Source of the DNA: Octopus sinensis
Taxonomy: Eukaryota
Direction: 5' to 3'
DNA length: 64,000 nt
Assembly: GCF_006345805.1 (NCBI RefSeq)
Contig: NC_043012.1
Coordinates: 31,744,001 to 31,808,000, forward strand
A program made the translations under genes and the position numbers. Under the pieces are notes generated by a model. It was given only the letters and a program-made list of their open reading frames with translations. It did no database searches and had not been told where the DNA came from. Shown piece by piece: positions 10,769 through 22,717 of the stretch (within the stretch, counting starts at the first letter, position 1; every line of letters begins with the position of its first letter).

Positions 10769-10972
10769 AGAAATGTTAACACGCCGGGCGATATGCTTAG
10801 CGGTATTTCGTCTGCCGCTACGTTCTGAGTTCAAATTCCGCCGAGGTCGACTTTGCCTTTCATCCTTTCGGGGTCGATTAAATAAGTACCAGTTACGCAC
10901 TGGGTTCGATATAATCGACTTAATCCGTATGTCTGTCCTTGTTTGTCCTCTTGTAGGCAGTAAAGAAATAAG
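10769..10972 (+). mobile_element. SINE family B, 5'-truncated
   Basis: acgccgggcga..gagttcaaattccgccgaggtcgactttgcc..aaagaaata, matching 53958-54180. Confidence 0.9.
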
Positions 10973-10984
10973 AAGTAGTTTTCG

Positions 10985-11300
10985 AAATTTCAATCGTAAA
11001 ACTTTCGGTTTAAGATGCATCATTCTCTGGCCGGCCAACTGAGATTACAACGACAAAAGGAAGGAGTTAGTCGATACCAATCCTCATTATACTAGAAGAT
11101 TCGTCGTAGATATTCTTCAAATATCCAAATCGAGCGTTGAAAGCTATCTGCATCAACATGGTTACGTGAGGAACTCGATGTTTATTTCCTGCACGAATTG
11201 AATGAGGTTAACCTCGACCAACTCATTTCTTCAGCGATTTGTTGAAGAAAGGTGAAGAAAATGACCATTTTGTGAAGAGAATGATAACAGGAGATACACT
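10985..11300 (+). mobile_element. Mariner transposase remnant
   Basis: Decayed SGRP..LVDTNP..ISKSSV..LHQHGYV..(WV)PHEL..ENDHFVKRMITGD. Confidence 0.6.
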
Positions 11301-11837
11301 GTCAGGGTATCATCTACCGAATTCTAGAAAGCACAGGAGCAGCAGGAAGTAAGCTTACTGCCCCTTTGCTGTTCGATACAACAGGATGCCTTGTAGACAT
11401 GGTATGTTTCTCCGGAGGTTCGGTTGATGGTTTTATGCACTGAGCCGCCAAGACGATGCAGGAGAATCGGTTAATATCTGATGATGGAATATTAGAATTG
11501 TGTTACATTTATGGCAAATCTAAAACTACTAAAAATACTTATTTCACTTTCTCGAAGATTCTAAATTCTAATGCCAACAACAATACACAGTTCTCGCAGG
11601 TATGAATAAAGTTGCTAAAAAGGATAGAAACATCCAAACGAGTGACTTTCTCTAGTGATAGAATGCTTGCCCTGTGAACTGTAGATGTGGGCTAGAATCA
11701 CATGGGAACTTTTCGTCCTTTTTATTCAAAGAGATTTTAACTCAATTCTTATACGCTAATATTCATTATTCATAGCTCTAACTCCTTCGAGATTAACCAT
11801 TCAAAAATAAAATTTTATATATATATATATAAAATGT

Positions 11838-12222
11838 AGTTGGTAAGCAAGCTACTTACCACACAGCCACTCCTGCGCCCTTATAACATATTCTTTTATT
11901 CTTTTACTTGTTTAAGTCATTTAACATCAGGACTTATTTTTTAAAGCCTAGTACTTATTTTATCGGTGTCATTTGCCGAACCGCTGAGACGTAAACACAA
12001 ACCACCGGTTGTCAAGCGGAGATGTGGGCAGAAACACAGACCCTAAGACAAGCATAGATATATACATATACATACGAGGGTCGTCTTTCAGTTTCCGTCT
12101 ACCAAATGCACAAACAAGGTTTTGGTAGGCCTGAGGACATTGTAGAAGGAACTTGGTTAAGGTGCCACGCAGCACGACTGAACGTGAAACGATGTGGTTG
12201 GTAAGAAAGCTTCTTACCACAG
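11838..12222 (-). mobile_element. SINE family A: a truncated head plus a near-full decayed copy
   Basis: cttaccacacagccactcctgcgcc at 11856-11880; tail, body and head at 11890-12222. Confidence 0.8.
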
Positions 12223-13159
12223 GAAAATCTTTCAGCACAAAACACACAATTTATCTTACTTATATCACACAGAAGGTGATAAAATTACCATCGTATTACT
12301 TCGACATTACATTGCCTTCATACATTTACGCTTACGGAAACCATATCACTCACGTAAACAAATGGCGGAATGCTATTCTTAGATTGTCTCAATGTCTTAG
12401 TACACCACCAATATCATTTACACTTACGCACACACACACACACAAACATATAAACGTGTGAGAGTGTGTAAATATGTCTGTTTGAGCAGCTGTATAGGTT
12501 GGCGTATTTAGAACTGTATATCTACTTGTATTTGTATCTATACAAGGATATGATTAATTTAGGAAAATAAATCACCGAAACGTCCTTTAAAAACTGTAAA
12601 ATGAGATAAGGTCTCTGTGACAGACTATATTAATTATCAGGGTATCGTAGAGATTATTATTTAACGCTACACTTTTTGTGACTAGCATTTTGTCTCCAGT
12701 TTATTTATCACTGTGTTTATGATACCATTATCGAAGTGACACGGTTTCAAATGAATGGATGTCTACAAAGTGTTCGGCTGTATAATAAATTCGTTGATAG
12801 TTTTTTTTCTTTCTATTGACATTCCATCGTCAACTGTTTTGAAGAAGAGGTAAAATGTATGATAATTTAAAAAACAATAGACAAAAGTTGTAGAGGAAAG
12901 ATGGAATTTTTAAAAAATAAGAAAAAAATTTAGAAAAAACCCCCAGTAGGATAGAAATATTTTCCGTGTTAATTCGAATAAGACTTGAAAGTAGATAAAA
13001 AATGGAAGAATTTATCAGAAAACTCGATAGATAATACTTCAGATAAAACTTCAGATAAAACTTTCAATCTGCTTTTAGTAAACAAAATTCAATTTTTATC
13101 TGTCGATATGTCGCAAACATATAGGAAACATGATAAAACATATTCTTTTATTTTTTTCT

Positions 13160-13595
13160 TTTATATTTTACTTGTTTCAGTCATTAGACTGCGGCCAAGC
13201 TGGGGTGCCACCTGGAATATTTTTCTAGTCGTATAAATCCACCACAGTACTTATTTTTGTTTTAAGTATTGTACTTTGTCTATCGGGCTCTTTAGCCAAA
13301 CCGCAAAGTTTCGGGGATGTAAACATACCAACATCGGTTGTCAAGCGATGGTAGGGGAGGTAAACACAGACACAAAAATTCACACACACACACACAAACA
13401 CATACGCACGCACACACACATATATATATATGATAAGCTTCTTTCAGTTTCCGTCTACCAAATCCACACACAAGGCTTTCATCGTCACTAGGCTATAAGT
13501 AGAAGTCACTTGCCCAAGATGCTATGCTGTGGGACTGAACCCGGAACCATGTGGTCGGGAAGCAAGCTTCTTACCACGAAGCCACTCCTGCGCCT
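13160..13595 (-). mobile_element. SINE family A, full length, with internal (CA)n
   Basis: The reverse complement starts ggcgcaggagtggct..gtggtaag (A box) and gggttcagtccc (B box), and ends ccagc..ggccgcagtc..tgactgaaacaagtaaaa. Confidence 0.9.
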
Positions 13596-13694
13596 TATTT
13601 CATATAATTTTAAACAGTTTGACACTGTGACGATAGCTTTAATCCCATGTAAACCCGCTGACCGCAAATCACTTGCGGTATATTAATTGGCTAT

Positions 13695-13913
13695 GAGGCA
13701 GCGAGCTGGCAGAAACGTTACCACGCCGGGCGAAGAGCGTTGCCGTTACGTTCTGAGTTCAAATTCTGCCGAGGTCGACTTTGCCTTTCATCCTTTCGGG
13801 GTCGATTAAATAAGTACCAGTTATGCACTGGAGTCGACATAATCGACGTAATCCGTTTGTCTGTCCTTGTTTGTCTTCTCCGTGTTTAGCCCCTTGTGAG
13901 TAGTAAAGAAATA
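13695..13913 (+). mobile_element. SINE family B with a perfect 18-bp target-site duplication
   Basis: ggtatattaattggctat at 13677-13694 and 13914-13931. Confidence 0.92.
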
Positions 13914-13923
13914 GGTATATTAA

Positions 13924-14301
13924 TTGGCTATTCAGTACAGGCGAGGAATTGTATCTAAATGCAATGATAATCGATATGGTACATGTCACTTCATGCACAC
14001 CGGTCAATATATGTACTGCAAAAGTAGAAATTTAATTTACTGTATCAAATGCCTGAATTGTGAAAAGAAATATTTTGGTCAGACTGGGAATTCATTGCTG
14101 AAATATTCACGTGTGAACCGACGGCAAATTACGGACCCTGATGTCGGTCAGATCTTTATAAGCAACTATCTGGCAACATGTGGTCAGAACAAGTTTATAA
14201 CATTCTCAATCTACAAACTACACAACTCAAGTGAAGTAGAAAGAAAAGTCAGACATAAGAATTTTATTGATAGAATTCACACCTGTTTTAAATGGACATA
14301 A
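13924..14301 (+). mobile_element. Penelope-like element GIY-YIG endonuclease remnant
   Basis: CKSRNLIYCIKCLNCEKKYFGQTGNSL...ISNYLATC..F..YKL..R..FI, a GIY-YIG pattern with the CCHH-type linker of PLEs. Confidence 0.75.
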
Positions 14302-14548
14302 ATCTATTATGATAATGAGCTTGTTTTTAAGTTTGTCCCAAATCACGCAATAGGTGAGTAAAAAAAGGGAAGAGGCAAAATCGTGATAAAAATGGAAGGA
14401 GGGGCGTCAAACAGCGCCTCTCGCCCTCTCTCTCGGCAAAGACCTTTTCATTTTATTGATGAACGCTGCTTCTCTCTCTTTCTCGCTCACTCACTCTCTC
14501 TCTCTATCTACATACGCACACACACACACACACACACACATATATACA

Positions 14549-14596
<48 letters not shown>

Positions 14597-15239
14597 CTCT
14601 CTCTCTCAACAGCAACATTTTCATTTTTATTTGAGGAACGTTGATTATTTTTTCTGGTAAACATCAATAACAATATATAAGATAAGTAAATAAGATTTTT
14701 GTACATCAAAATTGTTTTTTCTGTTGTCTCTATCGATGTTTGACTGTTCTGGAATATTTTTCTGCTTAAAAAATTGCAAAGTTTATAGAATATAAGACAA
14801 GTAAATAAGTAGAAATTTTTAAGTCATAAAATTTAAATATTGTCTATTGAAAGAAAGTTTGATAATATATAAAGGAGAGGTAATTTTAAATATTTGTAAA
14901 TACTTGCCGATACAGCGATGTAAATGTTGATGAATGAAGAACTTTACCAAGGCGGTGAAGTTTCTCTTCAAGATCTTCTTCTATTTTAGGTGGTAAAGTG
15001 AGTGAGGGAGAGACAAACAGACAGACAGAGATAGAGAACGTGTAGATGTTGCTGGGAAAGATAATGTCTCTGTGTGTATGTCGTTAATGTAATCCTGTGT
15101 AATTTTGGACTCCGTATGGTTACGTATAGAAATATAAACAAACTAAGGTACACACACACACACACACACATACACACACACACACACAAACACGCACATG
15201 CACATACACAAATATATTCATTTGTTTTGAAGTCTGCGC

Positions 15240-15859
15240 TCCCTTGTATTAAATACACTCATCCACCTGCTATGGGGAAGGAATCAGACAGAAGGCACAG
15301 AAGGCAACGGCTAGCCAGAGAGAGAGAAAAAGGCGAAGAACAGCCAGTCACACTCGGGAAGAACTGGACGCAAGAAGATTAAACAATACATTAAGATTAT
15401 TAAATTAATCACAAGAAGTGATACAAGAGAGACGAGCGCAAGACGCAAGAAGACAGGATCGAAGACGTCAAAATGAAAAGGAGTACCTAATTGCACAAAG
15501 GTGAGACTTCCAATGAGAGAGAGAGAGAGAGGGCAGCACAAAAGCGCAAAGATGAAGAGCAAGCAGCAGTGAGAAGAGAATATCTAAGAAGGAGAGCATC
15601 GGAAAGGCGACAAGATGAAATGGAAGAGGAAGCAGCACGAAGGAGAGAAATCGAAAGAGAGAGATTATCGGGGAGAAGAAAGGAAGGATTAATTAATACT
15701 GAAAAGGACCATCCAAAGCAAGACACACTCATCGCCGGCAGAGTTTTCACTAGAAATGCGCTGAAGCAATTACTGAGATAAAAGCTGTAATGTTTTAATT
15801 TTAATTTTATTTTCCGTACCATTTTCATGCCGTCATTTCTGACGGCACGGATAAACTAG
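15240..15859 (+). mobile_element. Non-autonomous Helitron fragment with a decayed R/E-rich N-terminal ORF (5' boundary uncertain)
   Basis: Hairpin tgccgtca-tttc-tgacggca (15828-15847), then CTAG (15856-15859) before T, which is a Helitron 3' end. The upstream frames encode R/E-rich helical repeats. Confidence 0.7.
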
Positions 15860-16257
15860 TAACAATAATAACAGTTATAGTAACGGTGATAATTGTAATG
15901 ATGATAGTAATAAAAATAAATTCTACAGTTATTACTACTACTACTATCACCACCTACATCACCACCACTAAGAATAGGAATAATGAAGGTGATGTACGGG
16001 ATGGTAGTAGTGTTAACCATCAGTGGCGAAGGGTGACTAGGAAACTGGTGCATGCAGACCCTGCCCACACTGAGGTTGGGGGTTGAATTTCCGAGTGTTC
16101 TACTCTTCCCCGTTTTCCGGCAAAAGCGTAGTATTATATGCTTTGAGATATGGGGATTCTGAGAGTTTCTTCTTACGATGCACCGTTTTCAAGTAGTTAG
16201 TAACACACGAGAAACGTACATACAAACATTTCCAAGTTATATACAGCAATCCCTTGA

Positions 16258-16430
16258 TTAGTGTGCCAAAAAGTTTTGAGACTGACCCTTAATATATGCG
16301 GTGTCAAAATTGATTAACTCGTTTCCACAAGTATTTTTTATGTGTAAACCCTTTGAAGCATTGGCAGCACCTCATCTTCAGTTCCGTATCAATCCTTCAG
16401 GAATGAGGTCGTGTGCCACACCTATTACTG
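16258..16430 (-). mobile_element. Mariner 3' end remnant
   Basis: Minus strand resembles ...EG.IRN*R*GAANASKGLHIK, a decayed form of GIxxLxxRWxxCxxxxGxY, then a TIR-like cagtctcaaaactttttggcacacta. Confidence 0.4.
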
Positions 16431-16656
16431 CTTAACTAGCATATTCAGATTAAATCGACAAAACTCCTTGAAATTCTATCAAAAGTGATGCAGTTGTCCG
16501 ATTTTTTTTTCTATTTTCATGAGTTTATAGAAAAGATCTGGATCCCCTCTTTTTTAAATAAAATTTATTATCGAATGAAAAATAATTTTCACCCATTAAT
16601 TACTGCTCAAAACTTTGAAACGGAAATACTCCCACTTCTAATATCGTTGCACTATT

Positions 16657-16902
16657 AAGGTGGCGAGCGAGTAGAGCTGTTAGCAAGTCGGACGAGATGC
16701 TTTGCGGTATTTTACCCGCACTTGCGCTCTGAGTGCAAATACCGTCGTGGTCGACTTGGCCTTTCATCTATTCGGGGTCGACTTTGCCTTTCATCAGTTC
16801 AGGGTCGATAAATTAAGTACCAGTCAAGCACAGGGGGTCGATGTAATCGATTAGGCTCATCCCCCCCAAATTTCAGCTCTTGTGGCTGCATCAGAAAGGA
16901 AT
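16657..16902 (+). mobile_element. SINE family B variant with an alternative tail
   Basis: B head and body, an internal duplication of gtcgactt.gcctttcatc, and tail ccccccaaatttcagctcttgtgg. Confidence 0.75.
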
Positions 16903-18379
16903 ATTGAAGCCATATTGCGCCATGCCTATTTTTAAAGAACATTTTATATAGAAACAAAATCAGAAGAAATTTTCTAAAATGGATATGTGTTTTTTTTTTT
17001 TCAGTGGAGTTTAACACGGTAAAGCTGATTTAAAAAAAAAAAACAGTATTAGTAAGATCAATCTATTTTTCGTTTTTGGCATTTTATAATTATAACTTTT
17101 TTCTAAGATAAGACAGCAGTCCACGAATTTTCGGGTTGTTTTTACTGCTTCCTTGATATTTTTATAGCATCTTGTGTCACACTTTAATAAAAATATAATA
17201 TACAAGTTAAAGTAAATTTTGATCGGTTTTGTAAGTTAAAAAAGTAATAGGCGATATTTAAAAAAAAAAGAACTCTTCTAGCAAGAAAAGAGGCGGCGAC
17301 AGCGGGTTATAAAGCACCAAAGGATAAATTAACACTTCTTCTTGGAGGTAATGCCAAAGTTGAATACAAATTAAAACCGATGCCAATTTATCGTACAATG
17401 GATCCAAAAGCATTAAAAGGCAGTAATAAACAATCCTTTTCAGTAATTTGAAAACCGAATAAAAGGGCTTTGGTAACAAAGCAGTTCTTTGAAGAATGGT
17501 TCAAAATGCATTTTTGTTCTGTATTTGAAAAATATATAAAAAAATAATAATAATAATTTAGATTTCAAAGTTCTTTTACTTTTAGATTAATGTCCCCAGG
17601 CATCCCACCTCACTTAGGGATTTAAATAGTACTTTGAATAGATGAATAAGAGGAAAATCAGCGGACACTGAGGGCAGGCAGTTGTGTGGTGTGGTGGTGT
17701 AAGGTGTAGTGGTGTGTGGTGTGGTGTTATGGTGTTGGTAGGTGGGGGAGGCGAGAGTGGGGAAAGCAAGTATGTATGTATAAGTCAATTAAGAAAAAGA
17801 AGAATCACTTTAGCAGTCATTTGATTATTAGTTGCAATATATTTGTGTGTGTGTGTGTGTGTGTAAGTGTGCATGTGCATGTATGTGTGTGCGTGTGAGT
17901 GTGTCTGTCCGCTTCACAATGGGCGTTGCTTTCTTTCGTAACGTGGCGATTCGGCAGAAAATTGCCGAGAGAATATTAAACACTTGATAGGCCATTATGC
18001 TTTTTGCATAGAATTCCATTTCCTGTGTGCGAAGCAGAAATGCGCAGTATACGTTTGCGAAGTTGTTTATGGTGGACATGACATATAGTTTAGCCGAAGT
18101 AAGGTCACAAATCTATGAAGTTGATATTAAGCATTTAAGTTAATAAATCACTCACTGTGCATGCAATATATATATATATATATATATAAAGATTAATCAA
18201 CCGAAATTGCGAGGATGATCCGGTTCTTGACTGAGGATAAAAGGCTTTGAATGACCCGTACTTGTTCTTTTGTATCGTCTATCTGGATGTTTTGTTGTCT
18301 CTTTTTGTATCACCTGGTTGTCCGGATGTCTTGTGTTGTTGTCCCATTTTGTATTATATATATATAATATATATATATA

Positions 18380-18416
<37 letters not shown>

Positions 18417-18596
18417 CAATAATAACAAAGGGTAAAATTAATCAATTAAGAAGTAATCAATAATTTCACCAAGTAGAATTCGGACCATTTCGCGGCAAAC
18501 TTAAGTAATACTAATAAAAGGGTTCAGCAAAGATTGCTTCACCACACACCGAAGTTTAGAAATAGCAGCCAAAAATCTTAGCTATTTCTTCTATAC

Positions 18597-18659
<63 letters not shown>

Positions 18660-18660
<1 letters not shown>

Positions 18661-20155
18661 TGGCAAGTGTATTAGTCTCGAGCCTACGCTTTTCAACAGA
18701 AAGGAATAAGAGAGAAATAGAAATAAAACAGGAAATGAAGAAACCTGTAGGTTTAGCGGTCAAGCTCATGAGGTCTGATTACAAAAGGAGTTTGAAAGAA
18801 GAGGTTAGAAGAAAAGGAGATAATAAAGTGACGATGACCCCCCAACTGAATGTGCGCGTGCGTATATGTGAGAATAGTGTGTCTGAAAGTGCAAGTGTGT
18901 GTATGTATGTATATGTGTGTTTGTGAATAGGGGCTAGTGACTTTGTCAGATCTTTAACAAGTCTGGGTGTGTGCGTGCGCGTATGTGTGTGTTTGTGTGT
19001 AAGTGTGTGCGTCTGTTACGTGTGACTACTCGTATAGTGGTGTGTAGTGACGTTATTAAAAATTGTGTGTGGATGTCGGTGTGTGAATGAGGGTGTGTGC
19101 TGTGGGTGCTGGGAAGAGGTCAGTGCTAGTATGCGTTGTGACGTGTGGTGTGATGGTTTGGTGGTGTGGGGTGTGTAGTAGTAGTTGTGGGTGGTGGTGG
19201 GGTGTGGGAGTAAGGGGTGGGTTTGAGAGGAGGTGGCTGGGGGTGAAGTGACTGACAAATCTTTGAGGAGTCTGGGTGTGCATGAGTGTGTATGTGTGTG
19301 TCTGTGTGTGCATTTGTAACGTGTGGCTGTTCATATAGTGGTATGTATGGGGACATTGTTGAAGATTGTATGTGGGTGTGATGTGTGGATGATGGTGTGT
19401 GGAATGGGTGCTGGGAAGTGTCAGTATTAGTGTGTGTGAAGTAGTGTCGGTGGTGTGCTGGTATGGGTGGATGGGTGGGTGTGTGGAGTTAGGGGTGGAT
19501 GTTTGAATGAAAATAGGAGGTGAACAAGAGTGAAGAGAGGGAGTAGATGTCAGATGAAGAGAGGAGGGGAGTCAGATGAAGAGAGCATGGGAGTTGAGCC
19601 CATGTGGCTCAAAGGAATAAAGAAAGAAGATGAACTCCCGTTCATGGCAAATGCGGGAGTCCGGATGGCCCCTGTGCAAAGACAATACGAACACAGGCAG
19701 ATGTATTGAATGACTGGTAGAGAAGAAATCGCGGGAGGCCGTGGTGTAGTTGTCGAGTCTAATTACTAAGAGACATGCCAAGAAATGCGAGGTAAGTGTT
19801 AGAAATAGGGCAGGGGAATTCAATGGCAGGATGGAAGGATTGGACAAAAGAGAAAAAGGAGTCTAGTTGTTCGCGGGAGAGTGAGGTCACACGAATATAG
19901 TCATCGATATAACGATCGTATAGTTTGGGAGTGGGGCCAGTGAATCGTGCGAGCATTTGGGCCTCAACGTAGCCAACGAACAGGTTAGCACAGTTGGAGC
20001 CCATTCTCGTTCCCATGGCCACTCCCGAAAGGTGTTGGTAAAATCTCCCACGAACGAGAAGCAGTTGAGAGAGAGAACAAGTTTGGCCAGACGAAGAAGT
20101 GTGGAGGTGTCAGGTTGAGGGTTGGGTTGATGGTCCATCAAGTGTTTCAATGCAT
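18660..20155 (-). mobile_element. Internally deleted Penelope-like element (RT, EN C-terminus, CA-rich 3' region, decayed pLTR)
   Basis: ALKHLMD..PDTSTLLRLAKLVLSLNCFSF, AMGTRMGSNCANLFVGYVE..RYIDD..SFHPAIEF, then HS..V.VL..HRG..RICHEREFIF.L.SFEPHGLN. Degenerate HHR-like end at 18675-18703. Confidence 0.8.
18938..19520. repeat. Diverged tandem duplication (period about 310 bp) in the PLE 3' region
   Basis: gtgact..atcttt..agtctgggtgtg..tgt.acgtgtg.ct..tc.tatagtggt..gggtgctgggaag.gtcagt recurs at 18938 and 19248. Confidence 0.75.
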
Positions 20156-20601
20156 ATGTATATATGCCCACACATGCACATATATCGCTATATCTCTCTA
20201 TATAAATATATCTATATATCTATGCATATATATATATTATAGAGAGAGAGTCTGACTATATACACATATATATATTTGTGTGTTCATATATATATACATA
20301 CTTACATTTACATATATGCGTATATACGCATATATGTATATGTAAGTATATATATTTCTCTATACATATATGCAAATATGTTTGCATGGAATTAGTTATA
20401 CATAGGCACACACAATTTCACACGCACATATTGTTGTTGATGTCAACGGGAGAATTAGAAATTTACGCTAAGCAGAATGCATATAAGTTGTATTTATTGG
20501 CTGAGAAGCTACAGTAGTGTTTAAGTATTAGCGATAAAGTTGTAATGCTGCAACTAATGTACATACTTATATATATGTGTATGTGTATATCTATAAAATA
20601 A

Positions 20602-20668
<67 letters not shown>

Positions 20669-20670
20669 AT

Positions 20671-20723
<53 letters not shown>

Positions 20724-20726
<3 letters not shown>

Positions 20727-20972
20727 AGGCGCGTGGTTAGTGGTTAGGGTGATAGCATCATTATCGTAAGGTTGTGGTTTCGTTTCCTGGACCTGGCGAC
20801 GCGTTGTGTTCTTGTGCAAAACACTTCAATTCACGTTGCTCCAGTCCACTCAGCTGGCAAAAATGAGTAACGCTGCGGTGGACTGGCGTCCCGGCCAGCT
20901 GCGGAACACATACACCATAGAGACTGGGAAACCGGGCCCATGAGCCCGGCTAGGCTTTAAAAGGGCACATTT
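20724..20972 (+). mobile_element. SINE family C, full length
   Basis: tggaggcgcgtggttagtggttaggg (A box), ggtttcgtttcc (B box), central gagtaacgctgcg.tggactggcgtccc, tail ggctttaaaagggc.cattt. Confidence 0.9.
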
Positions 20973-20974
20973 AT

Positions 20975-21048
<74 letters not shown>

Positions 21049-21381
21049 TTAAATCAGGAATAGTACACGCACACATAGATACACATGTATATATGTTTGT
21101 ATGTATATATACCCACAAAGAATGTGTCATGCTTGTAATTATACTCAGCCATATGAGGTAAAATCATGGATCGAATGTAGACAGTTAGATATACCTCCTG
21201 TAATAGTCGACCCCACACTTATCCAATCTGTGCTCTGAGAATAAGCACGAGGTTCACACACACACACACAGAGAAACACATAGGCTGACACATGTACCGA
21301 AGTGTTCGAATTTGAGATAAAATTAAATTTTACAATGTATGTACCATATAATAAAAAGACTTTTGAATCACTCTCTCTCTT

Positions 21382-21414
<33 letters not shown>

Positions 21415-22593
21415 TTCTCTCTCACTCTCTCTCGCACCATCCACGTATACTCCAATTTACGTTTCTGTCAACATACACTGCGCACTCACTCAATTTTCTT
21501 TATGCAGAAGACTTGTTTGTCTATTACAGCATTTAAACTACCCATTCAATTTTATATAACAAATTAAAAGGATATTCAAACGTTAAATCTGTCTGTCTAT
21601 CTACTTTTGTGGTCATTCATTTTTCCCTTTCATTTAGTTTTTTTCTTTTACCTGTACTATTTTTTCCTTGTGTTTTTTTTCTTCCTTATGGTTTTGTGCC
21701 GTTGTCTACTATCATTCTACATTCATGCTAAAATATTTTTTAAAGACGGTAATAATCTCATAAAAGTTCTTTGATAATAAGTCACGTTTAGTTACTAAAT
21801 AAACAGTATCATATATATATTTGTTGATTCTATACGTAGTCTGGGACCACAGAGTAAACACCTCTTACTACAGAGTATTGTTTATCTATATTGAAAAATG
21901 GGGCCAACATACGAAAATAGACTATAAAATAATATATGTATTGTGGCCCCTTATCAAGTTGGTTTGTAAAAGCTTTTTTTTTGTTTTTATTTTCCTTTAG
22001 TTACTCAAACTTTATCAGTTCAATATTATATACATTTCCACCACGCTAGAATTATTTGTAATCTCTGATTATAGAACCCCTGCTACGATGATACTTATTC
22101 CTATACACTGAGAACGTAGAATCACTCCATATGAAATATGTTGGATTTCTAAATTGTACTTAGCAATCCGACATCTGCAAATATCTTTACTTAGAAGAAA
22201 ACTGAAAGCATTGTTTACTCAAGCAATTATAAAGCTGAAATCATCTGAGACTCATTTCGTTGTCGGTTTATTGATTTTTTCAAATAAATAAACATAACAA
22301 TTTCAACATTGTTTGTGATGACCTGTGTAAATATCTTAAAAAGTAACTGCAGACACTTGAGCAACACACGCACAAATACTTCCATCCCTTATATACATAC
22401 ATACAAACGTACATACATACATACATATATATATATTTATCCAGACTCATACACACACATACACACTCATACACACATGCACACACTTGCGCATATATTC
22501 CATTCAAATAAACGAACAAGAAAATTAACAATAAAAAACAACAAGAGGACGTGCACAAGGAATGTATTAGTTTGACGCTCAGTAAAGAGAGTT

Positions 22594-22626
22594 TTTAACG
22601 TTTCGAGCATAGCTCTTCGTCAGAAA
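22594..22626 (-). ncRNA. Minimal hammerhead ribozyme motif in a PLE terminal repeat
   Basis: Reverse complement UUU-CUGACGA-A-GAGC UAU GCUC-GAAA-CG-U-U-AAA, identical to the 7382 copy except loop II. Confidence 0.55.
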
Positions 22627-22686
22627 GGAGAATTTAAAAATCCAAAGAAGGAAAAGAAATCGCCAACAGCACTAGCGTACTTAGAA

Positions 22687-22717
<31 letters not shown>

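Noticed and set aside
18185-18260. CUGAGGA..GAAU motif (and its relative at 54795-54835, minus) as hammerheads
   Set aside because: Stem II is weak and there is no helix III or stem I pairing; these are probably PLE-type termini but not supportable as ribozymes.
21195-21234. 40-bp minus-strand exon candidate (ttattctcag ... GAG|GTATAT)
   Set aside because: Short, two open frames, weak donor and no homology; indistinguishable from chance.
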